A DNA stretch of 64,000 nucleotides, taken from Pseudomonadota bacterium (GTDB taxonomy: Bacteria > Desulfobacterota > Desulfobacteria > Desulfobacterales > RPRI01). The notes below the pieces were generated by a model. The model saw only the letters and a list, made by a program, of their open reading frames with translations, did not search any database and had not been told where the DNA came from. The stretch is taken from positions 64,001 to 128,000 of the forward strand of contig JBDRRF010000076.1 in assembly GCA_043825875.1 (NCBI GenBank), read 5' to 3'. Both the position numbers and the translations under genes were made by a program. How positions within the stretch are numbered: position 1 is the stretch's first letter; each line of letters starts with the position of its first letter. This document shows positions 9,764 to 20,913 of the stretch, piece by piece.

Positions 9764-12655
9764 ATGCTACAGAATTTTAGATATTTTTCGATCAGAAAAA
9801 AACTTATGGGCATCATGCTCCTGACAAGCGGCGTTGTGCTCCTGTGCACTTCTTTAGCATTTTTCATCAATGACGTTACATCATTTCGCAGCTGGATGCT
9901 TGATCAGCAAAAAATATTAGCCAATATTGTCGGCATAAATACTACTGCGGCTGTATTATTTAAAGATAATAAGGCCGGGGGAAATGCCCTCCAGGGGCTT
10001 TCTTCAAATCCCAATATTAAAACAGCATACATCCTTGTAGAAAATGGAGAGGTGTTTGCTTCCTATATGCAGAAAGGTCTTAAGCCCAGTAATAATAATC
10101 TGCAGATTAGCTACAAACATGGCATCCCCTATATCCGGGAACCGGACCTTTCCGCTATTACCGCTAAAGGAGATTCTTTTTGGCATTTCTTGGGCAGCAC
10201 ATTTACTGTTCTGCCCTTTTCAATGGATGGTCAACCGGTCAGCACAATAGTTATTGAGTCAGGCAACGGGGAACTAATGACCCGCCTCACACGTTCAATT
10301 ATCTCGTTTTTTGTGATTCTGTTTGCCGCATTTATCTTTGCCTACTTTATTTCCCGAAAATTGCAAAGACATATTTCTGAGCCAATCCTGCATCTTGCAG
10401 AAATTATGGACACTGTATCTACCGAAAAGTGTTACTCAATCCGAGCCGAAAAGACAACAGAAGATGAAATCGGCAATCTCATTTCAGGCTTTAATGAAAT
10501 GCTTGCCAAAATTGAAATGAAGGATAGAGAACTCAAAACTCATAGTGAGCAGTTGGAAGATACAGTTAATCAGCGAACCGAACAGCTTTCGCACGCTAAC
10601 AAAGAAATGGAAGTTGTTATTGTAGATCTTCTCAAGGCCAAAGAGGCTGCGGAAGCAGCGAGCCATGCCAAGTCGCAGTTTTTGGCAAATATGAGCCATG
10701 AGATACGAACACCCATGAATGGTATGATGGGGATGGTTGAACTTCTCCTAACCACTAGTATGTCCCCCAAACAGGAACACTTTGCCGAAACGGCCCGCCA
10801 GTCCGGAGACATGCTGCTTGCTGTAATCAACAATATTCTGGATTTTTCCAAGATAGAAGCAGGCAAACTGGAACTGGAAATAACCTCCTTTCCCCTGCGA
10901 GAGGTGATTGAAGAAACAGTTGATCTTTTTGCCGGAAATGCCCAGAGCAAGGGCCTTGAATTGACATGCCATATCCATACCGATGTCCCTGCACAAGTAA
11001 AAGGCGATTATAATAGACTACAGCAGGTATTAACTAACCTTGTAAGTAATGCCATCAAGTTTACCGAACAGGGGGAAATTGATATCATAGTAAAAACAGC
11101 AGAAGACGATGGCACGACATTACTGGTAAAGTTTGAAGTGCAAGATACTGGAATCGGCATATCACCGGAGGCCCAAGCCCGGATTTTTGAAGGCTTTGCT
11201 CAAGCCGACGAATCAATGACCCGGAAATTTGGCGGAACAGGCTTAGGTCTTACGATTGCCCAACAGCTGGTTTCCCTAATGGGTGGCAAAATAGAAGTTA
11301 TCAGCACACCCGACATCGGGACTACTTTCTGTTTCACCATCCGATTACAGAAAGAAAAAGCACACCAAACACCTACAGACGGACTCTTGCAAGGGTTACG
11401 GATACTTGTTGTAGATGATAATGAAACAAACCTGCGCATCCTGGAAGAGCAAACATCTTCCTGGGGTATGACCTGCCATAGCGCATCTAACGGGAAACAG
11501 GCGTTAGAGCTGCTCCGTTTTGCAGGTACTGATAATCCATACGACCTTGCCATTCTTGACATGATGATGCCTGAAATGAGTGGTATTAAACTGGCCCGGA
11601 TCATATATAACGATCCCAACATCCCCACCATGCGAATCATGCTGCTAACCTCGGTCAATCAGGAGATAGGTCAAGAACAGGCAAAACAATGGGGCGTTAC
11701 ATCGTTATTAAATAAACCTATTCGCCAATCACGACTCTACGAAAGCTTAATGACCTTATTAAACAACGAAGAAGTAATAAATTCAGACTATAATATCACT
11801 GAAAAGCAAAACCCTGAAGATCAACAAAAACTCCGTATCCTTATAGCAGAAGATAATTCTGTAAATCAGCAAGTCATTAAAGCAGCACTTGAATTGCTAA
11901 ACTTCGAGGTTGATATTACAACCAACGGCCAGGAGGCTCTCGATTCATGGTTAACCCATCACCAAAAGCTGATCTTCATGGACGGTCAGATGCCGGTCAT
12001 GGATGGCTATGAAGCAACCATCCAAATACGTAAAGCTGAAGCCACAGATGCATGCCGTTTTGAAAAAACACATACCATTATTATAGCCCTGACAGGTCAT
12101 GCTATAAAAGGAGACCGGGAAAAGTTTCTTGCAACCGGGATGGATGATTACATGTCAAAACCATTTACAATTGCCCAATTAAAATCAATGTTGAGTAAGT
12201 GGCTGCCTGATTCGACGTCAGGCAAGGAAACAGAGGCCGGGTTTGCCAGTCCGGAAATGGAGGTTATTAATAAACAATCATCTATTACCGAGAGCGAATC
12301 CTTGATAGACATGAATTTCTTAAACAATATAAAAAGTCTGCAACGGCCAGGCCGTCCCAATCTGCTAAACAAGGTGATTGAGGATTATGTTGACTCTGCG
12401 CCCCGCCTCATAGGAGCTATCCGTCAGGGTATAGCAGATAAAGACCCGACAGCCTTGAGAAGCGCAGCTCATTCCTTAAAGTCGAGCAGTGCCAATGTCG
12501 GAGCCTCGTCACTTGCCACACTCTGCCGGCAGATCGAATCAATTGGCCATGCCCGAGCAACCGATGGAGCAGATATTCTTTTCCAGCAAATTGAATTCGT
12601 CTATCCCCAAGTCTATCAGAATCTTACGGAAATCCAACAAGAAGAAAGAGTTTAA
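9764..12655 (+). CDS. Hybrid membrane sensor kinase (HAMP-HisKA-HATPase-REC-REC-HPt)
   Basis: Two TM segments, [22 protein letters not shown], two receiver domains, AHSLKSSS HPt. Confidence 0.92.
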   Translation: MLQNFRYFSIRKKLMGIMLLTSGVVLLCTSLAFFINDVTSFRSWMLDQQKILANIVGINTTAAVLFKDNKAGGNALQGLSSNPNIKTAYILVENGEVFASYMQKGLKPSNNNLQISYKHGIPYIREPDLSAITAKGDSFWHFLGSTFTVLPFSMDGQPVSTIVIESGNGELMTRLTRSIISFFVILFAAFIFAYFISRKLQRHISEPILHLAEIMDTVSTEKCYSIRAEKTTEDEIGNLISGFNEMLAKIEMKDRELKTHSEQLEDTVNQRTEQLSHANKEMEVVIVDLLKAKEAAEAASHAKSQFLANMSHEIRTPMNGMMGMVELLLTTSMSPKQEHFAETARQSGDMLLAVINNILDFSKIEAGKLELEITSFPLREVIEETVDLFAGNAQSKGLELTCHIHTDVPAQVKGDYNRLQQVLTNLVSNAIKFTEQGEIDIIVKTAEDDGTTLLVKFEVQDTGIGISPEAQARIFEGFAQADESMTRKFGGTGLGLTIAQQLVSLMGGKIEVISTPDIGTTFCFTIRLQKEKAHQTPTDGLLQGLRILVVDDNETNLRILEEQTSSWGMTCHSASNGKQALELLRFAGTDNPYDLAILDMMMPEMSGIKLARIIYNDPNIPTMRIMLLTSVNQEIGQEQAKQWGVTSLLNKPIRQSRLYESLMTLLNNEEVINSDYNITEKQNPEDQQKLRILIAEDNSVNQQVIKAALELLNFEVDITTNGQEALDSWLTHHQKLIFMDGQMPVMDGYEATIQIRKAEATDACRFEKTHTIIIALTGHAIKGDREKFLATGMDDYMSKPFTIAQLKSMLSKWLPDSTSGKETEAGFASPEMEVINKQSSITESESLIDMNFLNNIKSLQRPGRPNLLNKVIEDYVDSAPRLIGAIRQGIADKDPTALRSAAHSLKSSSANVGASSLATLCRQIESIGHARATDGADILFQQIEFVYPQVYQNLTEIQQEERV

Positions 12656-12698
12656 TCATGGAAAGCGCCACTTTTTTTAATACAGGAGTAAATAGATC

Positions 12699-14879
12699 AT
12701 GAACCAAATCTCTGATAATTATGCGGCAAGACAAGTCCTTATTGTCGATGACGATACTACAATACGGTTTCTTGCCCGTGAGACTTTAGAAGAAGCCGGT
12801 TTTGAAGTAACTGAAGCTGCAAATGGAGCACAGGGCTTTGCTGCTTTCGAATCGATCCATCCACAAGTAATTCTTTTAGATGTTATGATGCCTGAAATCG
12901 ACGGATTTGCGGTTTGCAAAAAGATTCGCAACCATCCCGATGGCAAAAATATCGCCATCCTAATGATGACCGGACTTGAAGACATTGATTCTATTCAACG
13001 TGCATATGATGTGGGCGCTACTGACTTTATTACCAAACCCATAAACTGGCAAATTCTTGGATACCGTGCAAATTATATGTACCGTGCAAACCAGGCATTC
13101 AAAGACCTTAAAAATAGTGAGGTTCAGCTTAGCTCAGCACAAAGAATTGCCCATCTGGGAAGCTGGAATTGGGATATTGCAAACAATCAAATTCAATTAT
13201 CCGATGAACTCTATCGTATTTTTAATATTGATTCCACCACTTGTGCCCTCACCTATGAAACATTTATCAACTTCATTCATCCTATCGACAAAGAACAAGT
13301 AAAAATGACCGTTGAGGAGGCTACAGCCACACAGCAACCTTTCCACCTTGATTATAAAATCGTATTAGCCGATGATGTAGAGCGTTTTGTAAGCATTGAA
13401 GGACAACCGATTTTAAATAGTAAGAGTAAAGTGGTCCGGATGGCCGGAACTATCCAGGATATTACGGAACGAAAACAAGCAGAGGCACAAATCCGCTCTC
13501 TGGCATTGTATGATAATCTAACGGGCCTGCCTAACAGAATTCTCTTCCGTGACCGTTTGGAACAGGCAATCCGACAAGCAAGCCGGCAAAACAGCATGGT
13601 TGCCGCAATATTTATTGATCTTGACCGGTTTAAAGACATAAACGATAGTTTGGGGCATAATGCGGGCGATGAACTCTTACGGCAGGTCGCTAACAGACTG
13701 CTCTCTGTAACCCGATCCAGCGATACCGTATCAAGGTTGGGCGGCGACGAGTTTACAATAGTACTCCAGAATCTCACTTCTCTAGACATTATTTGCTCAT
13801 TGGCACAGAAAATATTGGATACATTTTCAGAACCTTTTTTGCTTGAAGCAAAAGAAATATTTGTCACCGCAAGTATTGGCGTTGCCGTTTACCCCAACGA
13901 TGCCGAAAAAGCCGATGATCTTCTAAAAAATGCCGATATAGCCATGTACTATGCTAAGGACCAGGGCAAAAACAACTATAAACTATTCTCATCAGATATG
14001 CAGGTTAAAGCTGAGACCCGCCTTACCATGCAAAACGAGATGCGCCAAGCCATGGAACGAAATGAATTTTTCCTTAACTACCAACCGAAATTTGACACCA
14101 AGACTGGTGAATTAACGGGAATGGAAGCGCTGATAAGGTGGAAACATCAGGAGAAAGGGATTATTATGCCAAACACCTTTATTCCTATTGCAGAAGCTAC
14201 AGGGCTTATCGTTCCTCTGGGAGAATGGGTGCTTAAGGAGGCCTGTCACCAAAACATGGCATGGCAGGCAATTGGATACGAACCCATAAAAATTGCCGTC
14301 AATGTTTCAGCAATCCAGTTTAAGAGAAGCAATTTCTTGGCTACTGTAAATAAGGTTCTCAAGGAAACAGGGATGGCTGCCCATTTCCTGCAGATTGAAC
14401 TTACTGAAACTTCCCTTATGCAGCAAAGTGAAAACTCAGAAAACATACGAAGCAAGGATCAGCCTGCCAGTAATGCAACAGCATCTGAGGTAGGTGCAGA
14501 AGGAAACAATTCTATAATCAATACACTTGATATATTACAGAAAATGGGCATATCAATTGCTATAGATGATTTTGGCACAGGCTATTCTTCGCTAAGCTAT
14601 TTGAGATATTTCCCGATAGATGTAATAAAAATAGATAGTAGTTTTGTCTGGGCAATAAATGCCTGGCAGGGCAGTGAGATAATTTCAACCATTATTGATA
14701 TGTCAAAAAAATTGAACTTGCAGGTAACAGCCGAAGGTGTTGAAACCGAACATCAGAAAACATATCTTATAAACCGTGGATGCCATGAATTGCAGGGGTT
14801 TCTTACGGGCAAGCCGGCACTCGCAGAAGATTGTGTGAAATATTTTGTAAAACCACAGGGAAAAGTAGTTAACGAATAA
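12699..14879 (+). CDS. REC-PAS-GGDEF-EAL c-di-GMP enzyme
   Basis: Receiver domain, PAS, RLGGDEF, EALIRW, DDFGTGYSSL. Confidence 0.92.
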   Translation: MNQISDNYAARQVLIVDDDTTIRFLARETLEEAGFEVTEAANGAQGFAAFESIHPQVILLDVMMPEIDGFAVCKKIRNHPDGKNIAILMMTGLEDIDSIQRAYDVGATDFITKPINWQILGYRANYMYRANQAFKDLKNSEVQLSSAQRIAHLGSWNWDIANNQIQLSDELYRIFNIDSTTCALTYETFINFIHPIDKEQVKMTVEEATATQQPFHLDYKIVLADDVERFVSIEGQPILNSKSKVVRMAGTIQDITERKQAEAQIRSLALYDNLTGLPNRILFRDRLEQAIRQASRQNSMVAAIFIDLDRFKDINDSLGHNAGDELLRQVANRLLSVTRSSDTVSRLGGDEFTIVLQNLTSLDIICSLAQKILDTFSEPFLLEAKEIFVTASIGVAVYPNDAEKADDLLKNADIAMYYAKDQGKNNYKLFSSDMQVKAETRLTMQNEMRQAMERNEFFLNYQPKFDTKTGELTGMEALIRWKHQEKGIIMPNTFIPIAEATGLIVPLGEWVLKEACHQNMAWQAIGYEPIKIAVNVSAIQFKRSNFLATVNKVLKETGMAAHFLQIELTETSLMQQSENSENIRSKDQPASNATASEVGAEGNNSIINTLDILQKMGISIAIDDFGTGYSSLSYLRYFPIDVIKIDSSFVWAINAWQGSEIISTIIDMSKKLNLQVTAEGVETEHQKTYLINRGCHELQGFLTGKPALAEDCVKYFVKPQGKVVNE

Positions 14880-14913
14880 TATTCATATACCTCTTAATAA
14901 AGGGAATATCGCT

Positions 14914-15012
14914 TTCCCCCTTAACAAAGTGGGTTTATAGGGGGTTGTCCATGTTCATACTTCTTTCAATCCATCCTTACAACCCCCTTTATCCCCCTTT
15001 TTTAAGGGTGAA
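14914..15012. repeat. REP-like palindromic element (about 34-bp imperfect inverted repeats)
   Basis: TTCCCCCTTAACAAAGTGGGTTTATAGGGGGTTGT ... ACAACCCCCTTTATCCCCCTTTTTTAAGGGTGAA. Confidence 0.65.
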
Positions 15013-15183
15013 TTAAAAAGTAGACATTTGCACCAAATACTTATTTTAATTGGTTTGTCTATGCGTAATAAGCAGTTTTGGGTAAGTTCCAAATGCGGTT
15101 ACCCTGATAAAAGTTCTCTGCTGTATTTACAAAATTTAAAATATTTGGTAGTAATAGAGAATTGTTAATTTACTACAGCTACC

Positions 15184-16344
15184 ATGAAGATAAAAAAGGG
15201 AATAATGAAATTATTCTATTTTCTAATTAAACCATTGGAGCCACTTTCAAAACGTTTCAGTTTGGTCAAGCTCAAGGCAGGAGAAAATTTCAACCACAGG
15301 AATACTTTAAGTATTTCGAGGATAGCGCTAAAGCTTCACTTCGTGCGAAATTTGAGCCCAACGCAGAGATCGGCCAAAATGGGGCGTTTTGAAACTGGCT
15401 CATTGGTATTTTTTTTTACTATTGTACTTATTATCGGTTTCGCATCGCAAAGCATAACCGCCCAGATAGAATCTTCTGATATGACCCGTTATTTATACAG
15501 CGGCGATGGGCAACTCCGCTTGTATAGCAAAAAAAACGGGAAATCTTTTTCTGGCAGATACCGTTTAGGTTTGGGAACCTATGATGAATCGGCGTTAAAG
15601 AAAATATGCCGGGTTTTCGATGTACCCGATAGTGCCCCAAATACTCACCTCTCTTTGCGGCTTATAGAATTTATCGATTATTTACAAGACCGCTTTGGAC
15701 CTAATCGCCAAATCACCATCACTTCCGGTTATCGAAACCCGGAATACAACACAGGACTTCGCAATAATGGCAAGCTGGCCGCCAAAGCCAGCCTTCACCA
15801 GTATGGAATGGCTGTGGATTTTATAATGGAAGGCGTTAAAGCAAAGTCTATCTGGAATTATGTCAAGACACTGGGTTTTGGCGGAGCAGGCTATTATCAC
15901 GGAAAAACGGTGCATATTGATGTTGGCCCTTCTCGCTCATGGGATGAAACAACATCTGGTGTTGGAACAAATATTTCCGATGACAATAAACTTATCGGGC
16001 TTGTGACGGATTACGATGTTTATCAACCTGGCGCAACGATTACTTTTCGATTCATAAGAATGACGGCCTTTCCAATCGGCGTAATTCCTGAATTCTCGCT
16101 GCTCCGCTTAGATGATAAGACCGGACCAAGAGTTGTTCTTGATTTTAAACCCGATTCAGCTGTACCCGAAAAAGCCTCCTGTATTCAGTTTGGCAATATT
16201 GACCAGATGGCTGGTATTCGATGGAAATTGCCGAATGGAATAATCCCCGGTCGCTATAAAATCAGGGCTGTCTTCTGCGATGATTCATGGAAAGACATGC
16301 CGAACCAAATCGAAACTCCTGAAATTGAGATCAGAAAAATATAG
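15184..16344 (+). CDS. YcbK/DUF882-like peptidase M15 family exported protein with an in-frame MITE insertion
   Basis: ITSGYR.PEYN, S.H..GMAVD, VHIDVG motifs; start 15184 or 15205. Confidence 0.85.
   Translation: MKIKKGIMKLFYFLIKPLEPLSKRFSLVKLKAGENFNHRNTLSISRIALKLHFVRNLSPTQRSAKMGRFETGSLVFFFTIVLIIGFASQSITAQIESSDMTRYLYSGDGQLRLYSKKNGKSFSGRYRLGLGTYDESALKKICRVFDVPDSAPNTHLSLRLIEFIDYLQDRFGPNRQITITSGYRNPEYNTGLRNNGKLAAKASLHQYGMAVDFIMEGVKAKSIWNYVKTLGFGGAGYYHGKTVHIDVGPSRSWDETTSGVGTNISDDNKLIGLVTDYDVYQPGATITFRFIRMTAFPIGVIPEFSLLRLDDKTGPRVVLDFKPDSAVPEKASCIQFGNIDQMAGIRWKLPNGIIPGRYKIRAVFCDDSWKDMPNQIETPEIEIRKI
15238..15401 (+). mobile_element. MITE copy 1 (164 bp, TSD ATTG)
   Basis: TIRs GAGCCACTTTCAAAACG / CGTTTTGAAACTGGCTC; ATTG at 15234-15237 and 15402-15405. 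Confidence 0.88.
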
Positions 16345-16377
16345 CGGCCAACCGAAATTAATCCGATTGGCCGCTAT
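16341..16377 (+). terminator. Hairpin after the peptidase gene
   Basis: ATAGCGGCCAA...TTGGCCGCTAT. Confidence 0.5.
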
Positions 16378-16700
16378 GGAGGAAAGAAGATTTATTGTTA
16401 GGGTTACTTTATATATAGCAATTAACTTGCCAATGAGGTCTTTTTTTTACTTTAACAATAGATATTATATTTTTATTATAAATTCATGATAGTTATGATC
16501 AGATATATTTTTCCTTTCTCGTTATTAAATCTTTTTTAAGTTTCATATCCCTATCAGTAAGTTCATTATATTGAACCACTATTTAAGAACATTAATATAA
16601 TTGATTGTATTTAAATGATTTTTTTGCGTTCATTATTTTGAACAACAATCTTTGCCAGATAAACTCAGTTCAAAAACCAAACCTTTTCAGTGCTATATCA

Positions 16701-17039
16701 TTACCCCGAGGCAGACCCCAAGGAAGAGTCTCCGGTTATCTTAAGATGATACTTACTATAGACAAACACTTCGTATTCGGTAGGCGCCTCCAGCAACTCT
16801 TCCATCTGAACCTCTATTTCTTTCCTGAGCGGATTTTCTTTCCAGTTCTTCCAATCTTCCGTACTCTGCCAGGTACCGATTACCATGGTTCCTTGAGGAT
16901 TGTTATAATCGACCAAAGTCTCGCCTGAGATATACCCATTCTGATTCATTGCCCTGGCACGGATTTTTCTGATCAGTACGAAAACATCCCTCAACTTACC
17001 CTCTTTAATCCTTCTTCTCATACAAACTTTAACAAGCAT
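16701..17039 (-). CDS. Antibiotic biosynthesis monooxygenase (ABM)-like protein
   Basis: GYISGETL...VIGTWQS.EDWKNW pattern; AGGAGG RBS. Confidence 0.75.
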   Translation of the reverse strand: MLVKVCMRRRIKEGKLRDVFVLIRKIRARAMNQNGYISGETLVDYNNPQGTMVIGTWQSTEDWKNWKENPLRKEIEVQMEELLEAPTEYEVFVYSKYHLKITGDSSLGSASG

Positions 17040-17112
17040 AATGACCTCCTTTATCCAAGTTATTATTAGATGGTTCCATGATGAATCATATTAATATGGT
17101 ATTGATATCGTT

Positions 17113-17733
17113 TCATGTACCGAAGAGACCTTCAATAATTTTTTCTAATTGATAAAGGAAAGAACTGCCAAAAGCATTTTCAACAATTTGAGCTATATTA
17201 TTATCCAAGTCAATAGACTGAGAAGTTCTTTTTTTATTGCAAGGAAACAGCAAGGCATCATCTTGTATAGATAAAATTAACGGATCAGATTCTACTAGTG
17301 CTAACGGCCAGAGAATACATGCCAATGGTTTTACTGATTTTAAGGGAATTTTCATATCTATTGCCACTTTATGCAGAGAACATAAAACCTTTTCCCCTTT
17401 ACCCCGATATCCAAAAACACAAAATTCCTTATTGTTTTTATCAATTGAATATGTATTACTTCCTTCATCTTCGAAAATATTATCGAAACTCTTATCTGAT
17501 TTTAAAAAACGTGCGTATTTTGATGCATAGGGCAAAACCCCAATAATATTAGATAATTCAATACTGTTAATACATACTTCATAATTGGAACAACAGCTTT
17601 GTGAAATTTTACAATTGCTGGTCATGCAAGAATGATTGATAGATGTTAAGGCTTTACAATCTACGACAATCCCATCAATTGTAGGAAAAAATTCACTTCC
17701 ATTCATTTTGCAATCACAACCTGTAATCCCCAT
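17113..17733 (-). CDS. Cys-rich DUF3109-like protein
   Basis: CC, C.F, CSLH..A, KP..C.LWP motifs. Confidence 0.55.
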   Translation of the reverse strand: MGITGCDCKMNGSEFFPTIDGIVVDCKALTSINHSCMTSNCKISQSCCSNYEVCINSIELSNIIGVLPYASKYARFLKSDKSFDNIFEDEGSNTYSIDKNNKEFCVFGYRGKGEKVLCSLHKVAIDMKIPLKSVKPLACILWPLALVESDPLILSIQDDALLFPCNKKRTSQSIDLDNNIAQIVENAFGSSFLYQLEKIIEGLFGT

Positions 17734-17795
17734 CTATTTTTAACCCTGCGTTGGTATTATGTGGATCTCAACACATCTGTTCCGCTGCTATTTTC

Positions 17796-18476
17796 TTATT
17801 TATCATTTACACTATTATTTAAGGCAATTTTCTCAGCTCTGGCTTTAGTCTGCAAAAATGTTTCCGGCACGCTCTTTTCACTTAAGATATCAACTATCCA
17901 TTCCAAACCGAATGGTATAGGACCAGGATCAGTATATACATGGTAGAACACAAGTGAAGTTTTTTCCGTTCCTTCTTCTATACGCCAATATCCGGTTGTA
18001 TCCTTGATGGTCTCTGCTGGATTTAAGCCGGACCATTTTTGCATTTTCCATTTTAATATTAAGGTTTGATTATCAGGCTCTGTCATTGACATTTTGAGCC
18101 GATACTTTTTTATTTTTCCAAGAGGCAGAGACAATGTATAGTTAATCACTACATCAGGCTCTCTCTTTTCCATAATATCAACCCGGCTGACATTGGGCAT
18201 AAATTCCGGGTATTTTTCATACGCAGTCAAAACCTTCAAAATAGTCTCTCGTGAAGTATTAATAAAACCAATTGCCTCAAATGTTTTACCCGGCTGTCCA
18301 TCGATACTGACATCACGCACAATTACTTCACCCTGATCAACAAGTTTTTTCTCTTCTTCAGTCAAAGAATCAGAAGCATAAGCATTTACAGTGGAAAGAA
18401 TAAAAAGCATAGCCGCTATTAAGATAGCCCAAAAAGTTTTATTGCTTGCCGGATTACTTACTAAACCAGGATTCAT
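17796..18476 (-). CDS. Exported SRPBCC/START-like protein
   Basis: Signal peptide; YEKYPEFMPNV, GYWRI, DPGPIP motifs. Confidence 0.7.
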   Translation of the reverse strand: MNPGLVSNPASNKTFWAILIAAMLFILSTVNAYASDSLTEEEKKLVDQGEVIVRDVSIDGQPGKTFEAIGFINTSRETILKVLTAYEKYPEFMPNVSRVDIMEKREPDVVINYTLSLPLGKIKKYRLKMSMTEPDNQTLILKWKMQKWSGLNPAETIKDTTGYWRIEEGTEKTSLVFYHVYTDPGPIPFGLEWIVDILSEKSVPETFLQTKARAEKIALNNSVNDK

Positions 18477-18791
18477 TTAAGATACATCTCCTTAGCCTGA
18501 ATATCATGGTGAGATAATTATATTTTAACTTCTACTGCTACCTTAAATTTTTTTTAATATAAACAGAAACATGGTATCCACCATTTCCTTCGAAATAAGT
18601 ATCTTGGGGTAAATTGAATTTATTTCCATTGACTATTAATATCATAATTAAACGCATATTGGCAATATACATCTGATATTATGGTTATTATGAAATGCAG
18701 CCATGCCTGATGATATATAAGAAGATTGGACTCTGCGAGAGATTAATAGGCCAAACGATAAGGGTTTATCCGGATAATTATACTAACTGTT

Positions 18792-19538
18792 TTAAACCTT
18801 ACTTTCCCTGTAAAGCTGTGTAACTCTGATTATGTAATTCTTCGTTTCCTGAGGCATTTTGTTGGGATTCCTTCCAATATTTCCAACTCCCCAGTTGTAT
18901 GCAGCAAGCGCAAGAGAAATATTACCACTATATCGGTTTAAAAGCCCCTTCAGGTATTTTGTCCCGCCCATGATATTTTCAACAGGATCATATGCATTTT
19001 TAACTCCAAGCTCTTGCGCTGTCCCAGGCATGAGCTGCATAAGTCCCATGGCACCAGCCGATGAGGTGCTTTCCGGTTTAAAATTGCTTTCAACCTGAAT
19101 CACACTTTTGATGAGATCCGGATCTATATCGTGAATTTCTGCGGCTTTTTCTATAACAGTATCAAAACTGTTTTTTGATGATAAAATGTCATTTTCATTT
19201 ATTGTGTGTTGAGTTTTTGACGCTTCCAAAAGACCAGGATCGTTTATAACGGTTTGAGGTTCCCTAATGGAAATGGAACTGGGTTTATCCTCTATTTCCT
19301 CGTTCATCATATCGAGAAGTTCTAAGTCCATCAAATTCTGAATGAGTTTCACTGCCACTGGAGATATTATATCTTGAATTTGCTCATGATTTGCTGCTGA
19401 AACAATCTGATCGAATAAACGTTGAAAGTTGCTGGTATCCGGTTCACCGCCAGATCCAACTTTGCCGGCAATCTCAGGCAAATCGTTTGTTTTGTGTATC
19501 GGTATAAAAAACTCTTTAGATATTGAAAATATATTCAT
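18792..19538 (-). CDS. Soluble lytic transglycosylase (SLT domain)
   Basis: VIQVESNF, GAMGLMQLMPGTA, AAYNWG, ETKNY. Confidence 0.9.
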   Translation of the reverse strand: MNIFSISKEFFIPIHKTNDLPEIAGKVGSGGEPDTSNFQRLFDQIVSAANHEQIQDIISPVAVKLIQNLMDLELLDMMNEEIEDKPSSISIREPQTVINDPGLLEASKTQHTINENDILSSKNSFDTVIEKAAEIHDIDPDLIKSVIQVESNFKPESTSSAGAMGLMQLMPGTAQELGVKNAYDPVENIMGGTKYLKGLLNRYSGNISLALAAYNWGVGNIGRNPNKMPQETKNYIIRVTQLYRESKV

Positions 19539-19547
19539 AAATTACCT

Positions 19548-19734
19548 GAGCATGTTTCAAAACACCCCATTTTGGCCGATCTCTGCGTTGGGCTCAAATT
19601 TCGCACTAAGTGACACGTTGTGAAGCATATGCGCTATCCTTTAGCGCTATCCTCGAAATACTCAATGTATTCCTATGTTTGAAATTATCTCCCGCCTTGA
19701 GCTTGACCAAACTAAAACGTTTTTAAATTGGCTC
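19548..19734 (-). mobile_element. MITE copy 2 (187 bp, TSD ACCT)
   Basis: Same TIRs, inverted; ACCT at 19544-19547 and 19735-19738; two nested internal modules. Confidence 0.85.
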
Positions 19735-19779
19735 ACCTTTTTGTATTAAAGGGCCTAACCAGATCCCTATAAACTCATA

Positions 19780-19795
19780 TTCAATTTTTATGCCA
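19780..19795 (-). promoter_or_regulatory. Candidate sigma-54 promoter for the SLT gene
   Basis: TGGCAT-N5-TTGAA on minus. Confidence 0.4.
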
Positions 19796-19895
19796 CCTCT
19801 ATTGATATTGCCCATAGCGTTTGCCAAAACAAGGTTCCGATTTATGTTGCAATTATTTGCTGATGGCAGTGTTTTATAGTCCCGTTCGATGATCT

Positions 19896-20624
19896 TCAAT
19901 CCTTGAGTTCAGCAAAGACACCTATGCCCGCCTTCTTTGACAATTTCTGATTTTGTGCATAAGCGATTCCGGCACTCTCTCTGATTGCACTCCGGTTTTT
20001 CCCGACGAGCCAACTATCTGCAGCGGCGCGAAGAATGAACGCCCCGGGGTACATCAATTGGGTTGTCAGCAATACTGGACGGCCACCTGCCGATACAATC
20101 CGTGACTTAAAGTACTGCTCACTCTTGCAACACAAGACAATACAGTCGGGAGTTTTTACCTGTTTATCCGACTTTATTGATTTGGGCAGGTCAAAATCCA
20201 TCAAACCATTGTGCCCGATGAAAACAACCAAGTCGTAAGATCCAGATTGAATTGCCGCCTCAAAATCCCGAATGCATTCCTTGATAGCTGATCCTCTATA
20301 GGCTTTTGCATGGAGAACAGCATTCTTGTCTTCGTTGTGGTATACCCGAGTTCTCAATATACATGTTGTCATAGGATGTTCGGTCTTCTCAGTTAATTTC
20401 CATTCCTTGCTTCGATCAAAAACCCCTATAATTCCGTCAGCCGTTCCCCAATAAAGGTTCCGTTCGGGATCATCCCCTCTTCCAATGGCCTCTGGTACTG
20501 GCACGATACCTTGGTTCCGGTTATCCGCTAAAGCCACGAACACCCCAATTGTCTTATCAGAGGCTATGGCAAAACCGGTACTCATGAATAGTATTATAAG
20601 AACAACGAGTGTCTGCATTCGCAT
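19896..20624 (-). CDS. Exported hypothetical protein
   Basis: 242-aa ORF with a signal peptide; NLYWG, GHNGLMD, LCC motifs. Confidence 0.65.
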   Translation of the reverse strand: MRMQTLVVLIILFMSTGFAIASDKTIGVFVALADNRNQGIVPVPEAIGRGDDPERNLYWGTADGIIGVFDRSKEWKLTEKTEHPMTTCILRTRVYHNEDKNAVLHAKAYRGSAIKECIRDFEAAIQSGSYDLVVFIGHNGLMDFDLPKSIKSDKQVKTPDCIVLCCKSEQYFKSRIVSAGGRPVLLTTQLMYPGAFILRAAADSWLVGKNRSAIRESAGIAYAQNQKLSKKAGIGVFAELKD

Positions 20625-20913
20625 AAGTTTGGCCTGCCTTTCAACTATCGGACGGGCTTTTTCACATATTCATAGATACCAAGATTGATCATATTATTTT
20701 CCAGAAGCGGCCCTGAAGGCAAACAAGTTTTCGTGAATAGACTGTTTGATATTCGCCACATCACTGCCGGTTCTTATACATGCCGAATTTTCCATGACCG
20801 CCCCTTTTATTTCATAGTACACCTACAAACAAATACTACCGGATTCTTTGAAAAATGTTTATTACGTATTGAAAGAGAGTAATGTCAGAATCTACGGTGA
20901 AATCCGTAGGATT

